Assembly (NCBI GenBank): GCA_043809585.1
Contig: JBDROZ010000017.1
Span: forward strand, 62,001-87,861
DNA length: 25,861 nt
Source: Candidatus Eiseniibacteriota bacterium
GTDB lineage: Bacteria > Orphanbacterota > Orphanbacteria > Orphanbacterales > Orphanbacteraceae
Direction of reading: 5' to 3'
Each line of letters opens with the position of its first letter. Positions within the stretch are counted from its first letter, which is position 1. Below are positions 10,993 to 19,796 of the stretch, piece by piece. The notes beneath the pieces were generated by a model. It did no database searches. It saw nothing but the letters and a program-made list of their open reading frames with translations, and was not told the origin of the DNA. The position numbers and the translations under genes were made by a program.

Positions 10993-12285
10993 ATGAATCG
11001 CAGACTATTCAACGCCGCAGCTTGCGTCTGGGTCATTGCCGTCTCAGGAAGCGCTTCGGCCTCCAAGGGCGAACCGCAGGAAGTTCTAGAGAATATTCTC
11101 CGGCAGGCTCTCCGTGAGAACCCCGCGGTCCTGGCCGCACGGCTCGAGATGGAGGGTGCGGACGCACGGGCGGGGTCGGCGGACCGGCTCCCGGATCCCA
11201 CTCTTGGTGTCGGTTACTCCCCAGTGGCGCTCGAGACTCGGGGCGGGCCCCAACGGGCCCGTGCCTCGATCGAGCAGGCGTTCCCCTTCTTCGGCAAGCG
11301 CGGGCTCCGGCGGGAGGTCGCCGAGGCGGAGGCGGGGATCGCGGGCCGCCGGGTCGACATCACGGCATCGGAGGTGATCGGGAGCGTGAAGGACTCGTTC
11401 TGGGAGATCTACCGGGTCGATCGCGCCATCGAGACGGCGGAGAAAGAAGCCTTCCTTCTCGCCGAGATCGTCGAGGCGGCGGACGCCAAGTACGCCACGG
11501 GGAGCGGCCAGCAGTCGAACCTTCTTCAGGCGCAGCTCATGAGCACGGTCGTCTCGAACCGTCTGATTCTCCTGCGGGGCGACCGGCAGGCGGCCGTGGA
11601 GCGGCTTGCCGGGTGGGTCGGCGCCCCCACCGAGGTGCCCCCCCTCCCCGAAACCGACGTCCTTCCCCTCCTCCTCGATCGGGAAGAGATCCTCGCCCGC
11701 GCCCGGGACGCCTCGCCGGAGGCCGCCGCCCGGCGGGCCGAGGTGCGGCGCGCCCGGCTCGCCGCCGCGCTCGTCCGGAAAGATTTCTATCCCGACTTCG
11801 CCCTCTCTCTCGGTTGGAGCGAGGTGGGGGAGAACGACATGCCGGGCGAATGGAACGGCCGGGACGCGTGGAGCGTCGGCGCCATGGTCAAGATTCCCCT
11901 CTACCGGGGGGATCTCCGGGACCGGGAAATGGGGGAGGAGAAATCCCTCGAGGCCGCCGAGCGCCGCCTCGATGACGCGCTCCTTCTCGTGGAAGCGAAC
12001 GTGGACGATCTGCTCCGCCGCCTCCGGGCGGCCGCGGAGTCGATCGACCTCTACCGCACCGGCCTGATTCCCCAGGCGATGAGTACCTACGAATCCGCCA
12101 TGGCCGCCTACTCCACGGGAGAGCTCGGTTTCGCCGACCTTCTCGTGGCGGAGCGGTCCCTCCTCGAAGTGGAACTCGGCCGCCACGAGACGATCGCCCG
12201 GTATGAGAAGATGCTCTCGCGCCTCGAACGCGTGCTCGGAGCCCGGGATTCGGAAACGCTGTTTCCCCTCCGGATCGGCGGCTGA
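10993..12285 (+). CDS. TolC-family outer-membrane efflux protein (CusC/CzcC-like)
   Basis: Signal peptide from ATG 10993 (alternative start 10927). Motifs 'ALRENP', 'LPDP', 'QAFPFFGKRGLR', 'YPDF', 'IPLY', 'AYSTG'. First gene of an RND operon. Confidence 0.9.
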   Translation: MNRRLFNAAACVWVIAVSGSASASKGEPQEVLENILRQALRENPAVLAARLEMEGADARAGSADRLPDPTLGVGYSPVALETRGGPQRARASIEQAFPFFGKRGLRREVAEAEAGIAGRRVDITASEVIGSVKDSFWEIYRVDRAIETAEKEAFLLAEIVEAADAKYATGSGQQSNLLQAQLMSTVVSNRLILLRGDRQAAVERLAGWVGAPTEVPPLPETDVLPLLLDREEILARARDASPEAAARRAEVRRARLAAALVRKDFYPDFALSLGWSEVGENDMPGEWNGRDAWSVGAMVKIPLYRGDLRDREMGEEKSLEAAERRLDDALLLVEANVDDLLRRLRAAAESIDLYRTGLIPQAMSTYESAMAAYSTGELGFADLLVAERSLLEVELGRHETIARYEKMLSRLERVLGARDSETLFPLRIGG

Positions 12286-12323
12286 TCCGCCGCCGGGGGT
12301 TCGCCAAGAAAGGACCGAAAGAG

Positions 12324-14321
12324 ATGAACGACGCGGGAAAAAGCAGGATCATCGCACTCCTCGGGGCGGGCATGATCCTCTTCGTCCTCGGCCTCGTCCT
12401 GGGCCAGCAGCTCATGAAGGGAGGGGGCGCTCCGGCCGTCTCCGGAGCCGCGGAAGAGGGACCGGGCCTCTACACGTGCGGGATGCATCCGAACGTCATC
12501 CAGGAAGGGCCGGGAATCTGCCCGATCTGCAACATGGACCTGACCCCTCTGAAGAAGTCGACCTCAGGGAGCGGCACCAAGGAGAAGAAGATCAAGTATT
12601 GGGTCGCGCCGATGGACCCCTCCTTCATTTCCGACAAACCGGGCAAGTCGCCGATGGGCATGGACCTCGTGCCGGTGTACGAGGAGGGAGCCGAGTCGGA
12701 CCGGGCCGTCGTGATCGACCCGGCGGTGGTGCAGAACATCGGGGTTCGAACGGGGGAAGTGACGCGAGGATCCTTGGCGAAGACGATCCGGGCGACCGGC
12801 GAGATCGTGGAGGACGAGACGCGTGTGGGCATCGTGAATCTGAAGATCGCCGGCTGGATCGAGAATGTGTTCGTCGACGAAACGGGGCAGGCCGTCCGGA
12901 AGGGAGACCCGCTTCTCGAGATCTACTCGCCCCAGCTCGTGACGACTCAGGAGGAGTATCTGATCGCCCTCGAGAATCTCCGGCGCGTCGAAGACGCCCC
13001 CGGGGAAGTCGTCGCGGCGGCGCGGCGCACGCTCGAGTCGACGAGGCGCCGCCTCCTCTACTGGGACGTCACGGAAGGGCAGATCGCCGACCTCGAGCGG
13101 GCCGGCGAGGTGCGGAAGACTCTCGCCATCCGCTCTCCCTTCACCGGCGTGGTGACCATGAAGAGCGCCCTCCCCGGCCAGAAGGTGGCGCCCGGCACCG
13201 ATCTCTATCACGTCGCCGACCTCTCGGGGATCTGGGTGAAGGCGTCGGTGTTCGACTCGGACCTCCCCTACGTCCGTCTGCACCAAGAGGCGGCCATGAC
13301 CCTCTCCTTCCTCCCCGGCAAGACCTTCACGGGCACGGTGACTTTCATCTCGCCGGTCCTGAATCCGAAGACCCGGGATCTCTCGATCCGCCTCGAGTTC
13401 CCGAACGACGGGGGTCTCCTCAAGCCCGGCATGTACGCGGACGTCGCGATCCGCTCGGTGCTGGACGAGAGCGCGGTCCTCATCCCGGAAGAAGCGGTCA
13501 TCCGCTCGGGCAAGCGAAATGTGGTCTTCATCGCCCGCGGCGAGGGGCGGTTCGTCCCGACGGAGGTCAAGCTCGGCCCCCGGGGGGAGGAGAACACCAT
13601 TCAGGTGATCGCGGGAGTTCTCCCGGGCGAGCGGGTCGTGACGAGCGCCCAGTTCCTTCTCGATTCCGAGTCCTCCTTCCAGGAAGCGCTCCGGAAGATG
13701 ATGGGGGAGCAGCGGAGTGACAAGGCCCCCGTGGAGACGACGAACGAAGCGATGACCGCGGGCACCGAGGGGCGCGGGAAGCATGCCCCTCCGCCGCGCG
13801 AAGATTACGCGCCCCACCTGAACGCGCTCTTCGAGGGCGAGCCGGTCGCGAACGCGGTGGCCGTCGACGAGAAGGGCGCGGTCACCATCGTCTGCCCGAT
13901 CATGAAGGGGGAGAAAGTGGTGGAGGCGGGCGACCCCTACACGATGCACGACGGGATGCGCGTTTACTATTGCTGCCCCGGTTGCCAATCGACCTTCGAG
14001 GAAGACCCCGAAGGCCATCTCTCGGAACTCGCCGCTTTCATCCGCGAGAAGTACGCCGGGGCGCCCGGCTTCGTCCCCCACGTGAAGGCCTCCTTCGAGG
14101 GTGCGCCCGTGGCGAACGCCCTTTCCATCGAACCGGACGGCGGGGTGACGATCCTCTGCCCGGTCATGAAGGGGCCCCGGACGATCGAGCCCGGCGACGT
14201 CTACACCGTGTACCGGGGCATGCGTGTCTATTACTGCTGCCCCGCGTGCCAGGAAACTTTCGAAAGCGATCCGGAGCGTTATCTCGCCGAGCTGGGCGAG
14301 GCGCTGAAGAGCCGGTCATAG
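12324..14321 (+). CDS. cusB: CusB-type RND periplasmic adaptor with two N-terminal heavy-metal-binding motifs and two C-terminal YHS-like repeats
   Basis: TM anchor, YTCGMHP..CPICNMDL, WVAPMDP..KSPMGMDL, GWIE, IYSPQLVTTQEEYL, LKPGMY, AQFLLDSES, then two copies of CP(I/V)M...YYCCPxC. Confidence 0.9.
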   Translation: MNDAGKSRIIALLGAGMILFVLGLVLGQQLMKGGGAPAVSGAAEEGPGLYTCGMHPNVIQEGPGICPICNMDLTPLKKSTSGSGTKEKKIKYWVAPMDPSFISDKPGKSPMGMDLVPVYEEGAESDRAVVIDPAVVQNIGVRTGEVTRGSLAKTIRATGEIVEDETRVGIVNLKIAGWIENVFVDETGQAVRKGDPLLEIYSPQLVTTQEEYLIALENLRRVEDAPGEVVAAARRTLESTRRRLLYWDVTEGQIADLERAGEVRKTLAIRSPFTGVVTMKSALPGQKVAPGTDLYHVADLSGIWVKASVFDSDLPYVRLHQEAAMTLSFLPGKTFTGTVTFISPVLNPKTRDLSIRLEFPNDGGLLKPGMYADVAIRSVLDESAVLIPEEAVIRSGKRNVVFIARGEGRFVPTEVKLGPRGEENTIQVIAGVLPGERVVTSAQFLLDSESSFQEALRKMMGEQRSDKAPVETTNEAMTAGTEGRGKHAPPPREDYAPHLNALFEGEPVANAVAVDEKGAVTIVCPIMKGEKVVEAGDPYTMHDGMRVYYCCPGCQSTFEEDPEGHLSELAAFIREKYAGAPGFVPHVKASFEGAPVANALSIEPDGGVTILCPVMKGPRTIEPGDVYTVYRGMRVYYCCPACQETFESDPERYLAELGEALKSRS

Positions 14322-14333
14322 AAGGAGCCCGAT

Positions 14334-17300
14334 ATGCTCGAGAGGATCATCCGATTCAGCATCGACAACCGGGCGATGGTCTTCCTGCTGACCCTCTTTC
14401 TCGTCGTGGGGGGCGTCTACTCGATCTACAAGATCAAGTTGGACGCGATCCCCGACCTCTCCGACGTGCAGGTCATCATCCAGGTGGACTACGCGGGCCA
14501 ATCACCGAACGTGGTGGAAGACCAGGTGACCTACCCGCTCACGACGGCCATGCTCAATGTCCCCAAGGCGAAGGTCGTGCGGGGCTACTCCTTCTTCGGG
14601 TTCGGCTTCGTCTATATCCTCTTCGAGGACGGGACGGACATCTACTGGGCCCGGAGCCGGGTGCTCGAGTATCTGAACCAGGTCGAACTGCCCGAGATGG
14701 CGACCCTCCGGCTCGGCCCGGACGCGACCGGCCTCGGGTGGGTCTACGAATACGTGCTCACCGACACGACGGGAGCCCACGATCTCTCCGAACTCCGATC
14801 GCTCCAGGACTTCTTCCTCAAGTACGAGCTGACCGCCGTGCCCGGAGTCTCCGAGGTCGCCTCCATCGGCGGGTTCGTCAAGCAGTACCAGGTGGAGGTG
14901 GATCCCCGGGCCCTTCAGGCGTACGGAATCCCCATCCAAAAAGTGCGCGCCGCCATCCGGAACTCGAACCAGGACGTGGGGGGGCGGCTGATCGAGATGG
15001 GCGAGACCGAGTACATGGTTCGAGGCAGGGGATATCTTTCCGGGATCGAAGACATCGAGAATGTCGTGCTCGGCGTCGGTGAGCAGGGGGCGCCGGTCCT
15101 TCTCGGCGACGTGGCCCACGTTTCGATCGGTCCCGAGCTCCGCCGGGGGATCGCCGAGTGGAACGGCGAAGGGGAGGTGGTGGGCGGCATCGTGGTCATG
15201 CGCTACGGGGAGAACGCCCTCGATGTGATCGACCGGGTGAAGGAGAAGCTCGAGTCCCTCCGGTCCGGCCTGCCGCCGGGGGTGGAGATCCACACGGGCT
15301 ACGACCGGAGCGTGCTGATCCGCGAGGCGATCCACACACTGAAGATGAAGCTCACGGAGGAGCTCGTCGTCGTCGCCATCATCTGCGCGGTCTTTCTTCT
15401 CCACCTCCCGTCCGCCTTCGTCGCGATCGTCACCCTTCCGGTCGGCGTGCTCGCGTCGATCATGATGATGAACATCCTCGGCATCAACGCCAACATCATG
15501 TCCCTCGGCGGAATCGCCATCGCCATCGGAGTCATGGTGGACGCCTCGCTCGTCCTCGTCGAAAACGCGCACAAGCACGCCGAGCGAGAGGCGGATGTCC
15601 CGCACAAGGAGAGGATCTTCCACGCCTCGAAGGAGGTGGGGCCCTCTCTCTTCTTCGCCCTCCTGATCATCACGGTCTCCTTCATGCCGGTTTTCGCCCT
15701 CGGCGAGCAATCGGGACGCCTTTTCAAGCCGCTGGCCTTCACGAAGACCTTCGCCATGGCGGCCTCGTCGATCCTGGCGATCACGCTGATCCCCGCGCTG
15801 ATGACCGTCTTCGTCCGCGGAAGGATGCGGAAGGAAAGTGCCAACCCGATCAGCCGCGGCATCATCGCCGTTTACCGCCCCCTGATCCGGTGGGTGCTCG
15901 GGCACCGGGTCGTGACGATCTTGATCGCGGCCGCCGTTCTCGCCCTGACGCTCATCCCCATTTCGAGGATCGGCTCCGAGTTCATGCCCCCGCTCTACGA
16001 GGGGGATCTTCTCTACATGCCGACCACGCCCCCGGGCCTCTCGATCACGAAGGCGAAGGAGATCCTCCAGCAGACGGACAAGATCATCGGGAGCTTTCCC
16101 GAGGTGCACCATGTGCTCGGCAAAATCGGGCGCGCGAGGACCGCGACCGATCCGGCCCCGCTTTCCATGATCGAGACGACGATCATGCTCGAGAAGGACC
16201 ACTCGAAATGGCGCGAGGGGGTGACGGTCGACTCGCTCATCAAGGAACTCGACGCGGCGATCCAGTTCCCCGGTCTCACGAACGCCCGGACCATGCCGAT
16301 CAAGACGAGGATCGACATGCTCTCCACGGGCATCAAGACCCCCGTCGGGATCAAGATCCTCGGGGACGACCTGGGCGAGCTCTCCGCCATCGGCGAGCGG
16401 ATCGAGGCGCTCGTGAAGGGATTGCCCGGAACGCTGTCGGCCTATTCCCAGCGCGCCGTGGGGGGCAACTTCGTCGATTTCCGCATCGACCGGGAGGCGA
16501 CTTCGCGGTACGGCCTGAACGTCGGGGACGTGCAGGACGTGATCATGAGCGCCATCGGCGGGATGAACGTGACCTACACGGTGGAGGGGCTCGAGCGATA
16601 CCCCGTGAATGTCCGATACCCCCGGGAACTCCGGAGCAACCTGGAAGACCTCCGGGCGGTGCTCGTCCCGACGCCGGGGGGCGCGCAGGTCCCGATCGGG
16701 CAGCTCGCCGAGATCGAAGTGGTGAAGGGCCCGCCCCTCATCCAGACCGAGAACGCCCGCCGGACGGTGTGGGTCTTCGTGGACATTCAGGGGGTGGACA
16801 TAGGAACGTACGTGAAGAACGCCCAGCGGGCGGTTCGGGAGGGAATCGATCTCCCCCCGGGCTACTCGATCATCTGGTCGGGCCAGTTCGAATACATGCA
16901 GGCCGCCGCGGCCCGATTCAAGATACTGATCCCGCTCACCGTCTTCATCGTCTTTCTTCTCCTCTATATGCACTTCAAGTCGATGGCCGAGTGCTTTGTC
17001 CGGCTCTTGCCCCTTCCCTTCGCCGTGGTCGGCGGGTTTTGGCTGATGTGGATCCTCGGCTACAACACGTCCGTCGCGGTCTGGGTCGGATTCATCGCCG
17101 TGGCGGGGCTCGCCACGGAGACGGGAATCGTCATGCAGGTTTACCTCGACGAGGCGACGAACCGTTACCGCCGGGAAGGACGGCTCCGGACGCGGGACGA
17201 CCTGCACGCCGCCATCGCCGAGGGCGCCGTCGACCGGGTGCGCCCGAAGATGATGACCGTGGCGACGACGCTGGTCGGTCTCCTGCCGATCATGTTGGGC

Positions 17301-17441
17301 GGCGAGATGGAGATCGGCGCGTCGGTGATGAAGCGGATCGCCGCGCCGATGGTCGGCGGACTCGTCACCTCCACCATCGAGACCCTTCTCGTGATCCCCG
17401 TGATCTACTCGATCTGGAAGGGGAGGGGATTGGGGAAGTGA
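14334..17441 (+). CDS. cusA: CusA/SilA-family heavy-metal efflux RND permease
   Basis: DAIPDLSDVQVI, GPDATGLGWVY, GVMVDA, FKPLAFTKT, EFMPPL, RVRPKMMT. Met residues in LLYMP, APLSMIE and RIDML match the Cu(I)/Ag(I) Met triad of E. coli CusA. GAAGGAG RBS. Confidence 0.96.
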   Translation: MLERIIRFSIDNRAMVFLLTLFLVVGGVYSIYKIKLDAIPDLSDVQVIIQVDYAGQSPNVVEDQVTYPLTTAMLNVPKAKVVRGYSFFGFGFVYILFEDGTDIYWARSRVLEYLNQVELPEMATLRLGPDATGLGWVYEYVLTDTTGAHDLSELRSLQDFFLKYELTAVPGVSEVASIGGFVKQYQVEVDPRALQAYGIPIQKVRAAIRNSNQDVGGRLIEMGETEYMVRGRGYLSGIEDIENVVLGVGEQGAPVLLGDVAHVSIGPELRRGIAEWNGEGEVVGGIVVMRYGENALDVIDRVKEKLESLRSGLPPGVEIHTGYDRSVLIREAIHTLKMKLTEELVVVAIICAVFLLHLPSAFVAIVTLPVGVLASIMMMNILGINANIMSLGGIAIAIGVMVDASLVLVENAHKHAEREADVPHKERIFHASKEVGPSLFFALLIITVSFMPVFALGEQSGRLFKPLAFTKTFAMAASSILAITLIPALMTVFVRGRMRKESANPISRGIIAVYRPLIRWVLGHRVVTILIAAAVLALTLIPISRIGSEFMPPLYEGDLLYMPTTPPGLSITKAKEILQQTDKIIGSFPEVHHVLGKIGRARTATDPAPLSMIETTIMLEKDHSKWREGVTVDSLIKELDAAIQFPGLTNARTMPIKTRIDMLSTGIKTPVGIKILGDDLGELSAIGERIEALVKGLPGTLSAYSQRAVGGNFVDFRIDREATSRYGLNVGDVQDVIMSAIGGMNVTYTVEGLERYPVNVRYPRELRSNLEDLRAVLVPTPGGAQVPIGQLAEIEVVKGPPLIQTENARRTVWVFVDIQGVDIGTYVKNAQRAVREGIDLPPGYSIIWSGQFEYMQAAAARFKILIPLTVFIVFLLLYMHFKSMAECFVRLLPLPFAVVGGFWLMWILGYNTSVAVWVGFIAVAGLATETGIVMQVYLDEATNRYRREGRLRTRDDLHAAIAEGAVDRVRPKMMTVATTLVGLLPIMLGGEMEIGASVMKRIAAPMVGGLVTSTIETLLVIPVIYSIWKGRGLGK

Positions 17442-17466
17442 GTAGGGAGTGCGCGGCCGAGAACCT

Positions 17467-17577
17467 AACCAGATACCCTATTTCCTGTTTCTGGAGGCGC
17501 GGGCTGCCGGATACCCCGTTTCTCCGCCGGTCGGTGTCCGGACCGCGGGTTCGCCCCGCGAAATAGGGTATCTGGTT
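17467..17577. repeat. Inverted-repeat element, AACCAGATACCCTATT family, copy 1
   Basis: Perfect 18-bp IR AACCAGATACCCTATTTC (17467-17484) / GAAATAGGGTATCTGGTT (17560-17577). Confidence 0.8.
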
Positions 17578-17676
17578 GGCTGAAGCACGGAGATTATTCT
17601 TCAGCCCCGGAGAAAGTCCTGCAGAGAAAGGCGATCCGCTGGCACCGAACATCAACAAAATCAACGCGGTGAGGTT

Positions 17677-17692
17677 TGGCATCGAGTTTGCT
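17677..17692 (+). promoter_or_regulatory. Sigma54 (-24/-12) promoter of the YHS gene
   Basis: TGGCATCGAGTTTGCT is a near-consensus TGGCAY-N5-TTGCT. An IHF-like AATCAACGCGGTG lies just upstream (17659-17671). Confidence 0.75.
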
Positions 17693-17803
17693 ATTGGAAG
17701 GGGTCGGACCCTCCCCCGGAAGAGGGCCACGAGCGAGTGAAGCCCGGCGTCCAATGAGGACGTCGGGCCCCTGCGAACCCATCCCCGAGGAGTCGAATAG
17801 AAA

Positions 17804-18391
17804 ATGAAACGGATCATGCTTGCTTCGATGGCGGTCGCTTTTCTGATCGCCGGACCGGCGTTCGCGAATTGCGGAAGCTGCGGCGCCGGCAACGCCGCCG
17901 CCGAGGAGAAAGGCCACGTCCACCACGAGGAGGCGATGGCCTGTCCCGTGGACGGCGCCAAGGTCGAGAACATGAACTTCCACGCGAGCTACGAGGGCTC
18001 GGAGTATTACTTCCACGCCGACGCATGCCGCGCCGCCTTCGAGAAGAACCCGGCCGAGTTCGCCACGGCGGTCTGCCCCGTCATGGGCCACCCGATCAAG
18101 ATCAAGGACGCGGCGGCGAAGAGCGAGTTCGACGGCAAGACCTGGTACTTCTGCTCGGTGGACATGAAGAAGCAGTTCGACGCGAATCCCGAGAAGTACG
18201 CCACCTTCACCTGCCCCGTCTCGGGAGAGATCCTGACCTACGCGGAAACGGGAGCGACGACCGAGTACAAGGGAGAAACCGTGCGTTTCTGCTGCGGGGG
18301 CTGTGTCGCGCCCTTCAAGGAAAACCCCGAGAAGTTCATGACGGAGGCGGAAGCGGAGCCGAAGCACGAAGAGCACGTGCACAAGAAATAG
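17804..18391 (+). CDS. Secreted triple-YHS-domain protein, putative periplasmic metal-binding protein
   Basis: Signal peptide ending AFA. Three repeats of CPV..Y/F-x-G..(Y/R)F..F..NP. His clusters at both ends. GAGGAG RBS. Confidence 0.88.
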   Translation: MKRIMLASMAVAFLIAGPAFANCGSCGAGNAAAEEKGHVHHEEAMACPVDGAKVENMNFHASYEGSEYYFHADACRAAFEKNPAEFATAVCPVMGHPIKIKDAAAKSEFDGKTWYFCSVDMKKQFDANPEKYATFTCPVSGEILTYAETGATTEYKGETVRFCCGGCVAPFKENPEKFMTEAEAEPKHEEHVHKK

Positions 18392-18448
18392 TCCGGACTG
18401 GGGTCCGGACGGAGCCCGCCATGCAAGGAATTCCCTTCCTCCGGCGGG

Positions 18449-18491
18449 GAGGCCCGGTTCGGGGCGCAAGCCCCGGCCGGGCTCTCTTTTT
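18449..18491 (+). terminator. Rho-independent terminator after the YHS gene
   Basis: GGCCCGGTTCGGGGC-GCAA-GCCCCGGCCGGGCT stem with a GNRA loop, followed by CTCTTTTT. Confidence 0.75.
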
Positions 18492-18660
18492 GCCCGCGAT
18501 TCGGGGAGCGGTTCTGCTGCGGACCCGGCATGGGGGCTGCGGCCTCGCTCTTCCTTCAGGCGCTTCCTCGACGGGGCTAAGGCCCCGCCTCCGGGAGCGC
18601 CCTCGTCCAGAGCGGGCCTCGCTCCCCATCCCGACCCCTCGCGACGAACCGCTCCCCGAA

Positions 18661-19166
18661 CCGCGGGCAAGGCCGGGCGGAGATACGGGGGACATGAACT
18701 CGTTTCGTGTCCCCCGTCTTTCCAGCGGACCCTGCCCCCTTTCGAGAGATTCGGCACGATACTTATCACCGGCATTCGGTCCCTGGGATTGTTCTTCCGT
18801 TGCCTGCAATAAGTACCGTGTCCTCGAATTTCCCCCGACCCGCGGGCAGGGCCGGGCGGAGATACGGGGGACATGAACTCGTTTCGTGTCCCCGTATTTC
18901 CCGACCCGCGGGCAAGGCCAGGGGAAAGCCGGGGGACATGAACTCGTTTCGTGTCCCCGTATTTCCCGACCCGCGGGCAGGGCCGGGCGGAGATACGGGG
19001 GACATGAACTCGTTTCGTGTCCCCCGTCTTTCCAGCGGACCCCGCTCCCCTCCGAGAGATTCGGCACGATACTTATTACCGGCATTCGGTCCCCGGGATT
19101 GTTCTTCCGTTGCCTGCAATGAGTTTCGTGTCCCCCGGCTTTCCCCCCGAATTTCCGGGGAAGCCG
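18661..19166. repeat. Composite REP/BIME-like hairpin array
   Basis: Four copies of CGGGGGACATGAACTCGTTTCGTGTCCCC (starting 18686, 18865, 18930, 18996), each preceded by CCGCGGGCA(A/G)GGCC. 18661-18810 is repeated near-identically at 18971-19120. Confidence 0.9.
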
Positions 19167-19259
19167 CCCCCTTCGGCAATGAGCGTATTCTGTTGACATC
19201 CCCCCCCTCGAGTTGTCATCAAATACCCGGGCGGGCTTCCGCCCGGAGAGGGGGTTTCC

Positions 19260-19679
19260 ATGAGAGGGAAGTTTTGGCTTTCGGTCGTGGTTCTCTTCGT
19301 GGTCTGGAGCGCGCTGGACTGGTTCTTTCACGGCGTGGTGATGACCGGGTACTACGAGGCTTCGAAGGATCTCTGGCGGTCCGAGGAAGCCATGAACGCC
19401 ATGATGCCGTTGATGTGGCTCGTCACCCTCATCGCGTCCTTCTTCTTCGTTCTGGTTTTCAGCAAGGGTTACGAGGGAAAAGGGATCGGCGAGGGCGTCC
19501 GCTTCGGGCTCTACATCGGTCTCTGGTTCGGGAGCTCCATGGGGCTTGGCTCGTACACGGCCATGCCGATCACCGGCGCGGTCGCCTTGGGGTGGTTCCT
19601 GATCACCGTGATCGAGTGCGTCACCGGCGGCGCCGTCGTGGCGGCCCTCCACGGCCGGGGGAAGGAAATCACTTCTTAA
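19260..19679 (+). CDS. Small 4-TM membrane protein (DUF1761-like)
   Basis: Four hydrophobic segments with 'WFFHG..Y...LWR' and 'EGVRFGLYIG'. GGAGAGGGGG upstream of ATG. Confidence 0.75.
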   Translation: MRGKFWLSVVVLFVVWSALDWFFHGVVMTGYYEASKDLWRSEEAMNAMMPLMWLVTLIASFFFVLVFSKGYEGKGIGEGVRFGLYIGLWFGSSMGLGSYTAMPITGAVALGWFLITVIECVTGGAVVAALHGRGKEITS

Positions 19680-19754
19680 CCAGATACCCTATTGTTCGTC
19701 GGGGGATATTTCCGGGCAACAGGATGGTGCCCGGAAATAGGGTATCTGGTTAAG
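19675..19754. repeat. Inverted-repeat element, AACCAGATACCCTATT family, copy 2
   Basis: Perfect 19-bp IR CTTAACCAGATACCCTATT (19675-19693) / AATAGGGTATCTGGTTAAG (19736-19754). It overlaps the TAA stop of the upstream gene. Confidence 0.8.
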
Positions 19755-19796
19755 ACCGGCCCGATCGATTACTCTTCGGGGCATGGAGACACCGCG

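Noticed and set aside
18661-19166. CRISPR array
   Set aside because: The 29-bp palindromic repeat with about 65-bp period looks CRISPR-like, but the intervening sequences are near-identical copies of each other, the spacing is irregular (179/65/66), and there is no AT-rich leader or cas gene in the window.
19193-19221. Sigma70 promoter at perfect TTGACA before the 4-TM gene
   Set aside because: There is no convincing -10 hexamer at 16-18 bp spacing, so it is not reported as a feature.
17594-19753. Long ORFs across the repeat array (426, 438, 348, 137 aa)
   Set aside because: They translate the DNA repeats (e.g. GHETSSCPP), overlap real genes antisense or off-frame, and show no protein-like features.
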